64,000 nt of DNA from Chloroflexota bacterium (GCA_963662335.2 CAXXVD010000003.1:1-64000), one strand, 5' to 3'; numbered from the stretch's first letter, positions 9,457-20,306 are shown. Program-made: numbers and translations. Notes: generated by a model from the letters alone, not told the origin.

Positions 9457-10410
9457 TCACGCGCCGGTATCGTCCACGGTGCGCACGAAGAGGTCTTCCA
9501 GGCTCTCATGACGCAGCGCCGCGTGGTGCACGGCCGCGCCGCCGGTGACGAGGATCTCCACCACCGTAGGCACGTCCGCGGGGTCCGACAGCGCCAGCGT
9601 CAGCCGCTCGCCTTCCCGCGCCGCGAGTTCCCAGCGCGCCGTCAGGCGCGCCAGCGTATCCGCGTTGACGTCATTTGCCCGCACGTCCAGCAGGCGGCGC
9701 GCGGCCAGCAGGTCGTCCAACGCCCCTTCCCGCACCACTTCGCCGCGTTCGATGATTGCCACCCGGTCGCAGACCGCCTCCACCTCGGAGAGCAGGTGCG
9801 AATTGAGAAAGACCGTCTTCTGCTCGGCCTTGAGTTGGCGGATGATGTCCCGCACCAGGCGGCGGCCGATCGGGTCCAGGGCGCTGGTAGGCTCATCGAG
9901 GAATATCAACTCCGGATCGTGCAGCACGGCCTGCGCGATGCCGATGCGCTGCAACATGCCCTTGGAGAACGTGCGCAGTTGCTGAGCGGCGGCGTGCTCC
10001 AGGTTGACGAGCGCGAGCGCGTCCCCAATGCGCTGCCGGCGCCGCTTGGCGCTCATGCCGTAGAGTTGGCCGTGAAAATCCAGGAACTCCCGCGCCGTGA
10101 ACCACTCGTGGAAGCGGAATTGCTCCGGCAGAAAGCCAATCCGGGCCTTGACGCCGCGGTCGCCCAACGGCGCGCCGAGCAGTGTGCCGCTGCCGCCGGT
10201 GGGAAAGACCAAACCCAGCAGCATCTTGACGCACGTGCTCTTGCCCGCGCCGTTCGGCCCTAGAAAGCCAAAAACCTCCCCGGTCGGCACCGCGAGATCC
10301 AGGCTCGCGACGGCCGGAATGCCGCCGTAGACTTTGCGCAGTTGCTGGGTTGTGACCGCGAGTTCGGGCATATTGGGCGTGCTGATTGTCACTAATGCGG
10401 ATTCTGCCAA
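9457..10410 (-). CDS. ABC transporter ATP-binding protein (start may be 10371)
   Basis: GPNGAGKST, FSKGMLQR, LDEPT, SHLL. Confidence 0.93.
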   Translation of the reverse strand: MAESALVTISTPNMPELAVTTQQLRKVYGGIPAVASLDLAVPTGEVFGFLGPNGAGKSTCVKMLLGLVFPTGGSGTLLGAPLGDRGVKARIGFLPEQFRFHEWFTAREFLDFHGQLYGMSAKRRRQRIGDALALVNLEHAAAQQLRTFSKGMLQRIGIAQAVLHDPELIFLDEPTSALDPIGRRLVRDIIRQLKAEQKTVFLNSHLLSEVEAVCDRVAIIERGEVVREGALDDLLAARRLLDVRANDVNADTLARLTARWELAAREGERLTLALSDPADVPTVVEILVTGGAAVHHAALRHESLEDLFVRTVDDTGA

Positions 10411-10417
10411 AGGCGGA

Positions 10418-11194
10418 TTATACCGCGAGCGCTTGACCGTAGGACTGCCGCGCGAACACCGCCAGCGCGTTCCGGTAGAGAATCCGCTCCTTGTCCTCGC
10501 CTGAAAAGTCCGCCGCGTACACTTTCGCCAACTGCGAGATGAACGAACGGCCGGTGCCGTCGCTGCCCTGCACCACGTGGTCGGCGCCGACGTACTTCAC
10601 CAACATCTCCGTGTAGCCGTTGGTCGCCTCGCAGCCGCCGATGTCCAGGTAGACGTTGGGCAGGCCGCGCGCCAGTTTTATCGTGTATTCCACGTCGCCG
10701 CTGGCGTGCCCCCAGAAGAAGCGCACGTCCGGATGGCGCAGAGCGGCGGCGCGCATGTCGAACGGATCGGTCTCGCCGGGCAGGTTGCCCGTGACCTCCA
10801 GCCACGAGTGCTGCAAGACCGGCAGCCGCTGCTCGGCGCACAGCGCGAAGATGCCGTCCACGCGCGGGTCGTTCGCTTTGACCGCCGTCCAGAGCTTTAC
10901 CCCCTGCGGCCCGCTATGACCGGCCACCCGCCGCGCCAACTCGTCCACGGCGTGCTGGCCGTGGGCGGGATTCAGGTACCACATGGGGATGACGCGCTGC
11001 GGGTTGGCGGCGGCCACCGCGGCCGTGCGGTCGTTGCAGCGCGTGACGAACTGCCGCGACGGGAAGTTGGGCGAACTGCTGCCCTCCAGGTTGATGCTGT
11101 TCAGGCAGAGGATCATGTTCAGTTGCGCCGCCTGCCGCAGCGCGCGGTCGAGCATGGCTTCGGAGCGGATGTGGACGTGGACGTCAATGATCAT
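10418..11194 (-). CDS. Amidohydrolase_2 family protein
   Basis: IDVHVH, LPVLQH, GH and GSD metal-binding motifs. Confidence 0.85.
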   Translation of the reverse strand: MIIDVHVHIRSEAMLDRALRQAAQLNMILCLNSINLEGSSSPNFPSRQFVTRCNDRTAAVAAANPQRVIPMWYLNPAHGQHAVDELARRVAGHSGPQGVKLWTAVKANDPRVDGIFALCAEQRLPVLQHSWLEVTGNLPGETDPFDMRAAALRHPDVRFFWGHASGDVEYTIKLARGLPNVYLDIGGCEATNGYTEMLVKYVGADHVVQGSDGTGRSFISQLAKVYAADFSGEDKERILYRNALAVFARQSYGQALAV

Positions 11195-11316
11195 GGCGTG
11201 TGCGCCGCGCGGGCTAAGCTGCGTGTGCTCCCACTTGCCGGCCCGCCGCCCGGGACTGCCGCATGGCGATGCCGCGCGAGCCGTAGCGGCCGGATAGTAG
11301 TCCTCTCTCTTTCATT

Positions 11317-11492
11317 CTATACTAGGCCGTGCCAGCCATTCACGTCATTCCGACTATACTAGGCCGTGCCAGCCATTCACGTCATTCCGAGCGCAGCGAG
11401 GAATCTGGCCGCGTAGCGCGGGGGCTTGTCCCCCGCCTGGGGCGGCGCGCGCTTGCGCGGACAGGATGGATTCCCGCTTTCGCGGGAGTGAC
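11317..11492. repeat. 37-bp tandem duplication followed by a REP cluster
   Basis: CTATACTAGGCCGTGCCAGCCATTCACGTCATTCCGA at 11317 and 11354, then D, A and E family palindromes. Confidence 0.8.
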
Positions 11493-11534
11493 GGAAGCGA
11501 GCCCGGGAATAACGGCGGCTAGAAAGGACTCCGC

Positions 11535-12290
11535 GTGGAATTACTGTTCGGCTTCCATCCCGTGCGGGAAGCGTTGCGCGCCGGGCGCGTGCCCGAGGCG
11601 CTGTGGGTGGTCGCGGGCGCGAAAGGGTTGGGAGAGATTGTCAATCTGGCGCGGGCGGGTGGGGTGGCCGCCAGAACGGTCACGCGGCAGGAACTTGGCA
11701 ATCTCTGCCGCGACAGCCGCCACCAGAACGTCGCCGCGCGGTTTCCCGAGCGTGCGTTGCATCCGCCCGACTATCCCCTGTCGCTCGCGGCGCGGCGGGG
11801 GCAGCCGCCGTTCCTGCTGGCGCTCGACCACCTGCAAGACCCGCAGAATCTCGGCGCGCTGCTGCGCACGGCGGAGGCCGTGGGCGTGCACGGCGTGGCG
11901 CTGCCCAGAGACCGCAGCGCGCCCGTGAGCGCCGCCGTCGCGCGCGCCTCCAGCGGCGCGGTGGAGCATCTGGCGCTCTGCGGCGTGACGAACCTGGCGC
12001 GGACGCTCGCCTGGTACAAGGAACGCGGTGTGTGGGTGGTGGGCCTCGATCCCGCCGGTGAGACGCCCTACGACGCGCCGGCCTACGATTGGCCCCTGGC
12101 GGTCGTGGTCGGCGGTGAAGAGAAAGGCTTGCGCCCCGTGGTGCGGCGGGCCTGCGACTACCGCGTGCGCATCCCCATGACCGGCCAGGTGGCCTCCCTC
12201 AACGCCGCCGTGGCCGGTTCCCTGCTGCTCTACCATATCTGGCGCGCGCGCAGAATCGATGAGGAACGACGACGAGAGGCTAGCTCATAA
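11535..12290 (+). CDS. rlmB: 23S rRNA (Gm2251) methyltransferase, TrmH family
   Basis: LDHLQDPQNLGALLRTA, GGEEKGL, IPMTGQVASLNAAVA. Confidence 0.9.
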   Translation: MELLFGFHPVREALRAGRVPEALWVVAGAKGLGEIVNLARAGGVAARTVTRQELGNLCRDSRHQNVAARFPERALHPPDYPLSLAARRGQPPFLLALDHLQDPQNLGALLRTAEAVGVHGVALPRDRSAPVSAAVARASSGAVEHLALCGVTNLARTLAWYKERGVWVVGLDPAGETPYDAPAYDWPLAVVVGGEEKGLRPVVRRACDYRVRIPMTGQVASLNAAVAGSLLLYHIWRARRIDEERRREASS

Positions 12291-12490
12291 CAGCGTAGCG
12301 TGCTTGCGCGTGCATCCAAATCCGCGCCAGGGACGACAGGAGCGCCCGCCAACTATATCGCGTAAGATATTCTATAGAGGCGCGGCCGGCGGCCGGTTGG
12401 CCGCCGCGAACCGGGCAGCGGCGCAAGACCGGCGCCTACGCCGGCGTTCTCTCCACAACACACCGCGCACACTACGAACGGAGCACAACG

Positions 12491-12961
12491 ATGGCAGACA
12501 AGAATCCGCCGAAACGCATCCTGGTGGTTGGCGGCCCCAACCTCAACCTCTTCGGCCGCCGCCAGCCGGAGATCTACGGCACGGTGACGCTGAATCAGAT
12601 TCACCAACAGGTGACTAAGGAAGCGGAAAAGCTCGGCTTCGAGGCGCTCTGCTTCCAGTCCAACCACGAAGGCGCGCTGCTGGACTTCCTGCATGAAAAC
12701 ATCGACAACGCCCAGGGCGCGCTGCTGAACCCGGCCGGCCTCACGCAGTACAGCCCCTCGCTCTTCGACGCGCTGAAGGCGATGCCGTTTCCCGTAATCG
12801 AGGTGCACCTCTCCAACCTGTACGCGCGGGAGGCCTGGCGCGGCCACTCCATCATCTCCGCGGCGGCCCGCGGCGTGGTGCAGGGCTTCGGCTGGTACGG
12901 CTACGTCGTGGCGCTCCACGGCCTGGTGGGGTTGATTAACGAGGTCCAGCCGGATGCGTGA
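12491..12961 (+). CDS. aroQ: Type II 3-dehydroquinate dehydratase
   Basis: GPNLNLFGRRQPEIYG, QSNHEG, EVHLSN. Confidence 0.95.
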   Translation: MADKNPPKRILVVGGPNLNLFGRRQPEIYGTVTLNQIHQQVTKEAEKLGFEALCFQSNHEGALLDFLHENIDNAQGALLNPAGLTQYSPSLFDALKAMPFPVIEVHLSNLYAREAWRGHSIISAAARGVVQGFGWYGYVVALHGLVGLINEVQPDA

Positions 12962-12983
12962 GCGCCAGTCGCACATTTCATTC

Positions 12984-13140
12984 GTCACTCCGGCGAAAGC
13001 CAGAGCCCAGGGCACGCGGCGAAGATCGATTCCGGCTTTCGCCGGAATGACGGAGTCAGGCGCTCTTGGCTTCCGTAAGTAGCATCACCTGTCGTGCTTC
13101 CGGTTTGTAGCCGTAGGGGCACAACATGTCGTGCCCCTAC
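12984..13140. repeat. REP cluster (E-family pair and C-family palindrome)
   Basis: GTCACTCCGGCGAAAGCC...ATTCCGGCTTTCGCCGGAATGAC; GTAGGGGCACAACATGTCGTGCCCCTAC at 13113-13140. Confidence 0.8.
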
Positions 13141-13157
13141 GGCGTTTCACACGCCTG

Positions 13158-13952
13158 TTACCGCCACACCGGGCCTTTTTGGAACATGCCCGGCTGTTGT
13201 TGCGCGCCGTCCACGGCGATGTTCGCGCCGTTGATCCAGCTTCCGGCGGGCGAGGCGACGAAGACGATCGCCCGCGCCACCTCTTCAGGCGTGCCCAGGC
13301 GGCCGAGCGGGAACTCCTCTTTCTCAAACGCGCCGAATCCTGCCGGGTCGTCCTGTTGGCGCTTGCCCCAGCCGCCGCCGGGAAAGAGGATCGAGCCGGG
13401 GCTGACGGTATTCACGCGGATGTTGTCCGGCCCCAGTTCCATGGCCAGCGCGCCGCTCACGAAGATTTCGGCCGCTTTGGCCGCGCCGTACTGGCTGCCG
13501 GGGGCCGGTTTCGCGCCCGAGATCGACGAGATCACCACAATCGACCCGCCGCCGCGCCGCCGCATGTGCGGCACGGCCGCGCGGGACGTGCGCACGGCAT
13601 GGAAGAGATTGAGGTCGAACGTCTCGACCCACTCCTCGTCGGTGGAACCCATCAGCCCCTTGCCCACCGAGCCGCCGACGTTGTTGACGAGCATGTCGAT
13701 GCCGCCCAGGTTCGCGGCGCCGGCCTCAATGAAGGCCTCCACCTCCGTGCGCTGGGTCACGTCCACGGCCATGCCAAAGGCGTTCACCCCCCGCGCACGA
13801 ATTTCCGCCAGGGTCTCTTTCAGAGTCTCGCGGCCGCGGGCGCATATGGCGACGTCCGCGCCTTCCGCCGCGAACGTGAGCGCCGTCGCGCGGCCAATGC
13901 CCCGGCTGCCGCCGGTGACGACGGCTACTTTGCCCGCTAAACCAAGCTCCAT
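13158..13952 (-). CDS. SDR family oxidoreductase
   Basis: TGGSRGIG, VNNVG, YGAAK. Confidence 0.92.
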   Translation of the reverse strand: MELGLAGKVAVVTGGSRGIGRATALTFAAEGADVAICARGRETLKETLAEIRARGVNAFGMAVDVTQRTEVEAFIEAGAANLGGIDMLVNNVGGSVGKGLMGSTDEEWVETFDLNLFHAVRTSRAAVPHMRRRGGGSIVVISSISGAKPAPGSQYGAAKAAEIFVSGALAMELGPDNIRVNTVSPGSILFPGGGWGKRQQDDPAGFGAFEKEEFPLGRLGTPEEVARAIVFVASPAGSWINGANIAVDGAQQQPGMFQKGPVWR

Positions 13953-14080
13953 GGGTACGCGCTCCTTGCTCAAGCGGGGGACAAGCCCCCGCGCTACGGC
14001 CGTCTTGAAATCCCTCTCCCTGGAGCGGAGGCCGTCTCCGATTCCCTCTCACTGGGGAGAGGGTTAGGGTGAGAGGATTC

Positions 14081-15160
14081 TTATTCGATGCGCTCCAGCA
14101 CGGCCTCGCCCATTGCCTGCGTGCCGGCCGGACGCTCGCCGGGCGCGCCGCGGGCCAGGTCCGGCGTGCGGTAGCCGGCCGCCAACACGTCTTCCACCGC
14201 GTTTTCCACCGCCGTTGCTTCCGGCTCCAGGCCCAACGAGTGGCGCAGCAGCATGGCGACGGAGAGAATCGCCGCCAGGGGATTTGCCTTGTCCTGGCCC
14301 ACGATGTCCGGCGCGGTGCCGTGCACCGGTTCGTAGAGGCCGCGCCGGCCGCGTCCCAGGCTGGCGCTGGGCAACATGCCCAGGCTGCCGGCCAGCACCG
14401 AGGCCTCGTCGGAGAGAATATCGCCAAACATGTTCTCGGTCACCAGCACGTCGAACCGGCACGGGTCGTTGATCAGGTGCATGGCGCAGGCGTCCACCAG
14501 GATGTGCTCCACCGTAACATCGGGATATTCCGCCGCCACCCGCTCCGCGATCTCGCGCCACAGGCCGCTGCTGGCCAGCACGTTCGCCTTGTCCACCGAG
14601 GCCAGTTGCCGGCGGCGCTGGCGCGCCAGGTCGAACCCCAGGCGGATGATGCGCTCCATTTCGGCGCTGGTATAGGTGAGCGTATCCTTGACGCGAATGC
14701 CCTGCTTATTGGCGCTGCGCCCGCGCGGGCGGCCAAAGTAGAGCCCGCCGGTGAGTTCCCGCAGCACCAGCAAGTCCGTGCCGTCCACGATCTCGCGCTT
14801 CAGCGGCGAGGAGTCCACCAGCGCGGCAATGGCCTTTACCGGCCGCAGATTGGCGTAGAGGCGCAACTCTTTGCGCAAACGCAGCAGGCCGTATTCCGGA
14901 CGCGCTTCCGGCGGGCCCACGTCCCACTTGGGACCGCCCACCGCGCCCAGCAAGATGGCGTCGGCGCGCTTGCAGAGGGCCAGCGAGGCGTCCGGCAGGG
15001 GCGAGCCGCTGGCGTCGATGGCGTTGCCGCCGATGCTGCCTTCCGTAATCCGAAACGTGTGGCCGTACGTTGCCGCCACGTGCGCCAACACGCGCGCGCC
15101 CCAGGCCACGACCTCCACGCCGATCCCGTCGCCGGGCAATACCGCAATCTGCGCTCTCAT
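14081..15160 (-). CDS. leuB: 3-isopropylmalate dehydrogenase
   Basis: [49 protein letters not shown]. Confidence 0.96.
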   Translation of the reverse strand: MRAQIAVLPGDGIGVEVVAWGARVLAHVAATYGHTFRITEGSIGGNAIDASGSPLPDASLALCKRADAILLGAVGGPKWDVGPPEARPEYGLLRLRKELRLYANLRPVKAIAALVDSSPLKREIVDGTDLLVLRELTGGLYFGRPRGRSANKQGIRVKDTLTYTSAEMERIIRLGFDLARQRRRQLASVDKANVLASSGLWREIAERVAAEYPDVTVEHILVDACAMHLINDPCRFDVLVTENMFGDILSDEASVLAGSLGMLPSASLGRGRRGLYEPVHGTAPDIVGQDKANPLAAILSVAMLLRHSLGLEPEATAVENAVEDVLAAGYRTPDLARGAPGERPAGTQAMGEAVLERIE

Positions 15161-15262
15161 GTATTTCTCCACACTGTGCTTTCTCGCGGGGCAACGCACC
15201 CCGCCTTTCACGATACCCTATTGTCGCAATTCGCCCGATTATCCGCAATGCCGCGGCCACGT

Positions 15263-15410
15263 GCGGGGGACAAGCCCCCGCGCTACACGGAACCTGCGTA
15301 CGCCTATTGTCATTCCGAGCGAATGCGAGGAATCTCGTGCCCCTGCCAGAAACTAACCGGCAGGGACGCATCTGAGATTCCTCACTCCGCTGCGCTCCGT
15401 TCGGAATGAC
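15263..15410. repeat. REP A plus inverted D-family doublet
   Basis: GCGGGGGACAAGCCCCCGCGCTAC; GTCATTCCGAGCG...GGAATCT ... AGATTCCTCACTCCGCTGCGCTCCGTTCGGAATGAC. Confidence 0.8.
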
Positions 15411-15415
15411 AGCAA

Positions 15416-15486
15416 GTTCCTACAGTTAGACAGGAGTTCCTACAGAGTGACAGTCGTTCCTGCAGAACTACAGGGGGTTCCTATAG
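15416..15486. repeat. Four phased GTTCCTRYAG direct repeats
   Basis: Copies at 15416, 15436, 15456 and 15477. Confidence 0.75.
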
Positions 15487-15650
15487 AGCGAGACTGTCAA
15501 GCCTACCGTCCACACATGCAGTGAGCCGCCGTTCTTGACGCGCTGCGCCGGCACGTTCATCATGGTGATAGGCGTTCGGATGACGGTGACACCGGCAGCC
15601 CGGCGTTTGATTTCTCGAAAGCACCTGCGGCACGGTTACCCTCTATCCCT

Positions 15651-17309
15651 ATGTCAGCGGACAACAAGCTACGCATCATCCCCCTGGGCGGCCTGGGCGA
15701 GATCGCCAAGAACTGCATGGTGTTGGAGTACGGCGACGACATCGTGCTCATCGACGCCGGCGTGATGTTTCCCGAGGACGAGATGCTGGGCATCGACCTG
15801 GTGATCCCCGACATCTCGTATCTGGAAGACAAGCGGGAGCGGCTGCGCGCCATCATCATCACCCACGGGCACGAGGACCACACCGGCTCGCTGCCCTACT
15901 TCCTGCGCACCATCAACGCGCCCATCTACGCCACGCGCCTTACCCTCGGCCTGCTGGAAGTCAAGCTCAAGGAACACGGGCTGGAGGAGCAGGCGCGGCT
16001 GCGGGAGATCGCCCCCGGCGACCAGATCACGCTGGGCCCCTTCCGCTTCGAGTTCTTCCACATGTGCCACAGCATCCCGGACGGCGTGGGCATGGCGATC
16101 TACACGCCCGTCGGCCTGGTGGTGCACTCCGGCGACTTCAAGTTCGACTACACGCCGGTGGACGGCGAGCTATCCGACATCTGGCGGCTGGCGAAATACG
16201 CCCAGGAAGGCGTGCGGCTGCTGCTTTCCGACAGCACCCGCGCCGACCGGCCCGGCTACACGCCCTCCGAACGCGCGATCTACGACTGCTTCGCGGAAGT
16301 CTTTTCCGAAGCGCGGGGCCGCATCATCGTCACCACCTTCGCCTCGCTCATCTCCCGCGTGCAGCAGGTGGTGGATACCGCCGCCGACTTCGACCGCAGC
16401 GTCTGCGTGACCGGACGCAACATGGTGCAGAACGTGAACATGGCGCTGCAGTTGGGGTATCTGGACATGCCGGCCAACATGCTGGTGCGCCCGGACCGCC
16501 TGCACGAGTTCGACAAGGAAGAGGTCGTCATCATCACCACCGGCAGCCAAGGGGAGCCGACCTCCGCCCTGGGCCGCATCGCCAACCGCGACCACCGCCA
16601 GATAAACGTGGAAACCGACGATACGGTCATCATCTCCGCCAGCCCCATCCCCGGCAACGAGGCGCTGGTGGGCAAGACCATCGATAAGCTCTTCCGCCAG
16701 GGGGCGGACGTGCTCTACGACAAGGTGGCTAACGTCCACGTTTCCGGCCACGGCGCGCAGGAAGAACTCAAGACGCTGATTAGCATCCTGCGGCCGGAGA
16801 CGTTCATTCCCATTCACGGCGGCTACCAGCACCTGATGCACCACGCGCGGCTGGCCGGCGAACTGGGCGTGGACAGCGAGAACATAATCGTGGCGGAAGA
16901 CGGGGACATCATCGAACTGACCGCCGACGAAATTCGCAAAGTGGACCGGGCGCCGGCCGGCTACGTGTTCGTGGACGGCCTGGGCGTGGGCGACGTGGGC
17001 GACAGCGTCCTGCGCGACCGGCAGCACCTCTCCCAGGACGGCATCTTCATCGTGGTGGTCGCCATCGACCGCGAGACCGGCCACGTGATCTCGGGCCCCG
17101 ACCTCATATCTCGTGGGTTCATGCAGGAAGGGCTGGAGATGCTGATTGAAAAAGCCCGCGAGCGCCTGTATAATAGTCTGGAGGCCGATCTCGGCCCCCG
17201 CGCCGAAATCCGCCAGGTCCAGGAACGCATCCGCGACGTGGTTTCGCGGTTCCTCTACGCCGAAACCCGCCGCCGGCCGATGGTGCTCCCCGTTGTGACT
17301 GAGGTCTAG
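15651..17309 (+). CDS. rnj: Ribonuclease J
   Basis: PLGGLGEI, THGHEDH, HSIPD, TGSQGEP, HVSGH. Confidence 0.96.
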   Translation: MSADNKLRIIPLGGLGEIAKNCMVLEYGDDIVLIDAGVMFPEDEMLGIDLVIPDISYLEDKRERLRAIIITHGHEDHTGSLPYFLRTINAPIYATRLTLGLLEVKLKEHGLEEQARLREIAPGDQITLGPFRFEFFHMCHSIPDGVGMAIYTPVGLVVHSGDFKFDYTPVDGELSDIWRLAKYAQEGVRLLLSDSTRADRPGYTPSERAIYDCFAEVFSEARGRIIVTTFASLISRVQQVVDTAADFDRSVCVTGRNMVQNVNMALQLGYLDMPANMLVRPDRLHEFDKEEVVIITTGSQGEPTSALGRIANRDHRQINVETDDTVIISASPIPGNEALVGKTIDKLFRQGADVLYDKVANVHVSGHGAQEELKTLISILRPETFIPIHGGYQHLMHHARLAGELGVDSENIIVAEDGDIIELTADEIRKVDRAPAGYVFVDGLGVGDVGDSVLRDRQHLSQDGIFIVVVAIDRETGHVISGPDLISRGFMQEGLEMLIEKARERLYNSLEADLGPRAEIRQVQERIRDVVSRFLYAETRRRPMVLPVVTEV

Positions 17310-17441
17310 ACGCTATCTTTCCTGTCGCTCCGCCTTGCCGAATTGTGCACTCCCATTTCCGCAAGAATTAGGATTCACGCGCTCGCGCACGTGCGATCCT
17401 GCTGGTTCTATTGCAAATGCTATGGCAAGCACAAGCCGGCG

Positions 17442-17561
17442 CTTCGACAAGCTCAGCGCGAACGGGTGGCCGGGGACGGCAAGACCGCTTCGACAGGCTC
17501 AGCGCGAACGGATTGTTGGCCTCTCTTTCGCGCTCTTGCGTTCGTCCTGAGCCTGTCGAAG
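17442..17561. repeat. CTTCGACAGGCTCAG-type repeat cluster (family G)
   Basis: CTTCGACAAGCTCAGCGCGAACG, CTTCGACAGGCTCAGCGCGAACG, inverted CGTTCGTCCTGAGCCTGTCGAAG. Confidence 0.8.
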
Positions 17562-17722
17562 GGTGGACGCGCAGCGCGAAGTGTTCCTGAAAAGCGGTCT
17601 CACACGGGCATCCATTCCTTAGCCGAAATTCGCGCCTAAGCAAGGGCATAGGCCCGCGCCCCTTCACGTCTACTCTGTTTCACCGGATCCGCAATCCGCC
17701 TTCATCCCTAAGGAGTCAGCCT

Positions 17723-20089
17723 ATGGCGCCTCGTTCCGGCACCGCACGCCGCAAGTCCTCATCGCAAAAGCCGCGCCTGTCGTTCCCTTCCCTGCAACTC
17801 CCCTCGCCGCTGCGGCGCGAGGTGTTTGGGGTCGTTAGCATCGTCATCGGGCTGCTTTCTGCCATTGCGCTCATATCACCCAGCGGCACGGTGAGCGGCG
17901 TGTGGCACGAATTGCTCGTCAACCTCTTCGGCTGGATGGCGCCGCTGCCGGCGCTGGCGGCCGTCGTGCTGGGCGTGCAGCTTATCCGTGACGGCGTCAG
18001 CCAGGAACGCGCCGTGCGCTGGGAGACCCTGACCGCGCTGGCGGTGCTGGTGCTGGCGAGCACGGCGTTCGCGCAATCGTTGGCCGGCCCGCCGGAGATG
18101 GCCGCGGCCTATCCGGTTGGCGGCGCGCTCGGCCTGAACATCCTCGCGCCGCTCACCACCGCGCTGGGCTTCGCCGGGGCCGTCATCGTGCTCTTTGCCC
18201 TGCTGCTCGTTACGACCATCATCACGTTTTCTATTTCGCTGGGGCGCGTGCGCGGCGCGTTCTTCGTCTGCGTGTGGCGGCCGTTGCAGTTGCTCGGCAG
18301 GGGCATAGCCGCCCTGTTGCGCGCAGCCGGCGGGGCGCTGCGCCGCGCGGACGAACCGGCGGCAGAACCTGAGATAGAAGAAGCGCCCCAGCCGCGCGCA
18401 TTTCCCGTGCGCCTCGCCGCCACCGCGCCAGAGCCGGCGCATCCGGAAGCCGGCGCGCCGCCCGCGGACAACGGCGAATTCGTTGCAGAATCGGATTTCG
18501 GCGAGAACGGCGACCTGCCGGAAGACGCGGCGGCCATGGCGGCTGAGGACGCTCCCGAGCCGCCGCGCTGGCAATTGCCGCCCCCCGAACTGCTATCACC
18601 CGCGGCCGACGCGGACGACGAGGAAGAAGCCACCCAGGAAATCGAGCAGCGGGCGCTCATCATCGAGGAAGCGCTGCGCAGTTTCAAGGTGGTGGCGGAA
18701 GTGGCCGAAGCCATTCGCGGCCCGGCCGTCACCCAATACCGCCTGACCCTGGGACAGGGCGTCAAAGTGAGCCGGGTGGTGAACCTGGCCAACGACCTGG
18801 CGCTGGCCCTGGCCGCCACCAGCGTGCGCATCGAAGCGCCGGTGCCCGGCTTCCCGTTCGTCGGCATCGAGATTCCCAACCAGCACACCACCATCGTCAC
18901 CATACGCGAGTTCATGACCGACCCCGCCTTTGTCGAGCCCAAGGGCATGTTGCCGCTGGCCCTGGGGCGCGACGTGGCCAACGACGTGCGCGTCACCGAC
19001 CTGGCCACCATGCCGCACCTGCTGATTGCCGGTTCCACCGGCTCGGGCAAGTCGGCCTGCGTGAACGCCATCATCTGCTCGCTGCTTATGCAGCACACGC
19101 CGGAGACGCTGCGCTTCCTGGTGGTTGACCCCAAGATGGTGGAGATGATTGGCTACAGCGACATTCCCCACCTGCTGCGCCCGGTCATCACCGACCTGGA
19201 CGAGGTGGTGCCGACGCTCATGTGGGCCGCCGACGAGATGACCCGCCGCTACAAGGTGCTGGCCCAGGAGGGTTTCCGCAACATCCAGACCTACAACGCC
19301 GCCAAGCAGGAGGCCGGCGCGGAGCCGATGCACTACTTGGTCATCCTGATCGACGAACTGGCCGACCTGATGATGACGGCGGCCGGCGACGTGGAGAAAT
19401 ACCTCTGCCGCCTGGCGCAGATGGCGCGCGCGGTGGGCATCCACCTGGTGGTCTCCACCCAGCGGCCCTCGGTGGACGTGCTCACCGGCCTCATCAAGGC
19501 CAACTTCCCCTGCCGCATCGCTTTTGCCGTCAGTTCCCAGGCCGATTCGCGCACGATTCTCGACGGCGGCGGCGCGGAGAAGCTGATCGGCCAGGGCGAC
19601 ATGCTCTTTGCGCCCAAAGAGGCCACCCGCCTCACCCGCATCCAGGGCACCTACCTGGACGACGACGAAATCGCCCGCATCGTGGCCTTCTGGCGCGAAC
19701 AGGGCGCGCCGGAGTACATTCCGGAGAAATCGTTCGAGGAAGCCGCCGCCAACCACCAGGACAACAAAGACGACGACCTGGTGCGCCAGGCCATCCGGCT
19801 GGTCTCGCAATACGACAACGCCTCGGCCTCGTTCCTGCAACGCCAACTGGGCATCGGCGCGACCAAGGCCAACCGCATCCTGGATACCCTGGAGGAACGC
19901 GGCATCGTGACCGCGCCGGAAGGCGTGGGCCGCGTGCGCCACGTGCTGGTCTCCGCCAGCGACCTATTGGAAGACGACGAAGCCGACGGCGCCGATGACG
20001 ATTCCGACGACACCGCGCCGCCTTTCGACCTGGACGACCCGCAGACCGTAGATGCGAAAGACGAGGAGTTCTCGCGGTTTCCGGTGTAG
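17723..20089 (+). CDS. ftsK: DNA translocase FtsK/SpoIIIE
   Basis: N-terminal TMs, MPHLLIAGSTGSGKS, VDPKMVE, IDELADLM, TQRPSVDV, gamma domain. Confidence 0.96.
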   Translation: MAPRSGTARRKSSSQKPRLSFPSLQLPSPLRREVFGVVSIVIGLLSAIALISPSGTVSGVWHELLVNLFGWMAPLPALAAVVLGVQLIRDGVSQERAVRWETLTALAVLVLASTAFAQSLAGPPEMAAAYPVGGALGLNILAPLTTALGFAGAVIVLFALLLVTTIITFSISLGRVRGAFFVCVWRPLQLLGRGIAALLRAAGGALRRADEPAAEPEIEEAPQPRAFPVRLAATAPEPAHPEAGAPPADNGEFVAESDFGENGDLPEDAAAMAAEDAPEPPRWQLPPPELLSPAADADDEEEATQEIEQRALIIEEALRSFKVVAEVAEAIRGPAVTQYRLTLGQGVKVSRVVNLANDLALALAATSVRIEAPVPGFPFVGIEIPNQHTTIVTIREFMTDPAFVEPKGMLPLALGRDVANDVRVTDLATMPHLLIAGSTGSGKSACVNAIICSLLMQHTPETLRFLVVDPKMVEMIGYSDIPHLLRPVITDLDEVVPTLMWAADEMTRRYKVLAQEGFRNIQTYNAAKQEAGAEPMHYLVILIDELADLMMTAAGDVEKYLCRLAQMARAVGIHLVVSTQRPSVDVLTGLIKANFPCRIAFAVSSQADSRTILDGGGAEKLIGQGDMLFAPKEATRLTRIQGTYLDDDEIARIVAFWREQGAPEYIPEKSFEEAAANHQDNKDDDLVRQAIRLVSQYDNASASFLQRQLGIGATKANRILDTLEERGIVTAPEGVGRVRHVLVSASDLLEDDEADGADDDSDDTAPPFDLDDPQTVDAKDEEFSRFPV

Positions 20090-20248
20090 CCTAGTCTCCA
20101 CGCGCATGTCCCTCCGCGTCATTCCGGCTTTCGCCGGAATCCAGCGTCCCGTCACCTCCCGCACACGCCCGGTCTCCGGTTGCGCTGGCGCCCGCCCCGG
20201 CGCGCGTACGTCTCCCCCACGGGACGACGGTTGCTGCACCGGTGTTAT

Positions 20249-20306
20249 CTACCCGTTGGGGGCCTACCCGATGGGAACCTACCCGTTCGGGATCTACCTG
20301 TTGGGG
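20249..20306. repeat. Four 15-bp imperfect tandem repeats
   Basis: CTACC(C/T)G at 20249, 20264, 20279 and 20294. Confidence 0.7.

Noticed and set aside
9137-9548. Repeat-containing proteins (GGGQAPALR / GTSPRAT / AGDKPP peptides)
   Set aside because: Translations of REP palindromes that recur in many spurious ORFs
15416-15486. Mini-CRISPR
   Set aside because: Repeats (10 bp) and gaps (10-11 bp) are far too short, and the gaps resemble each other
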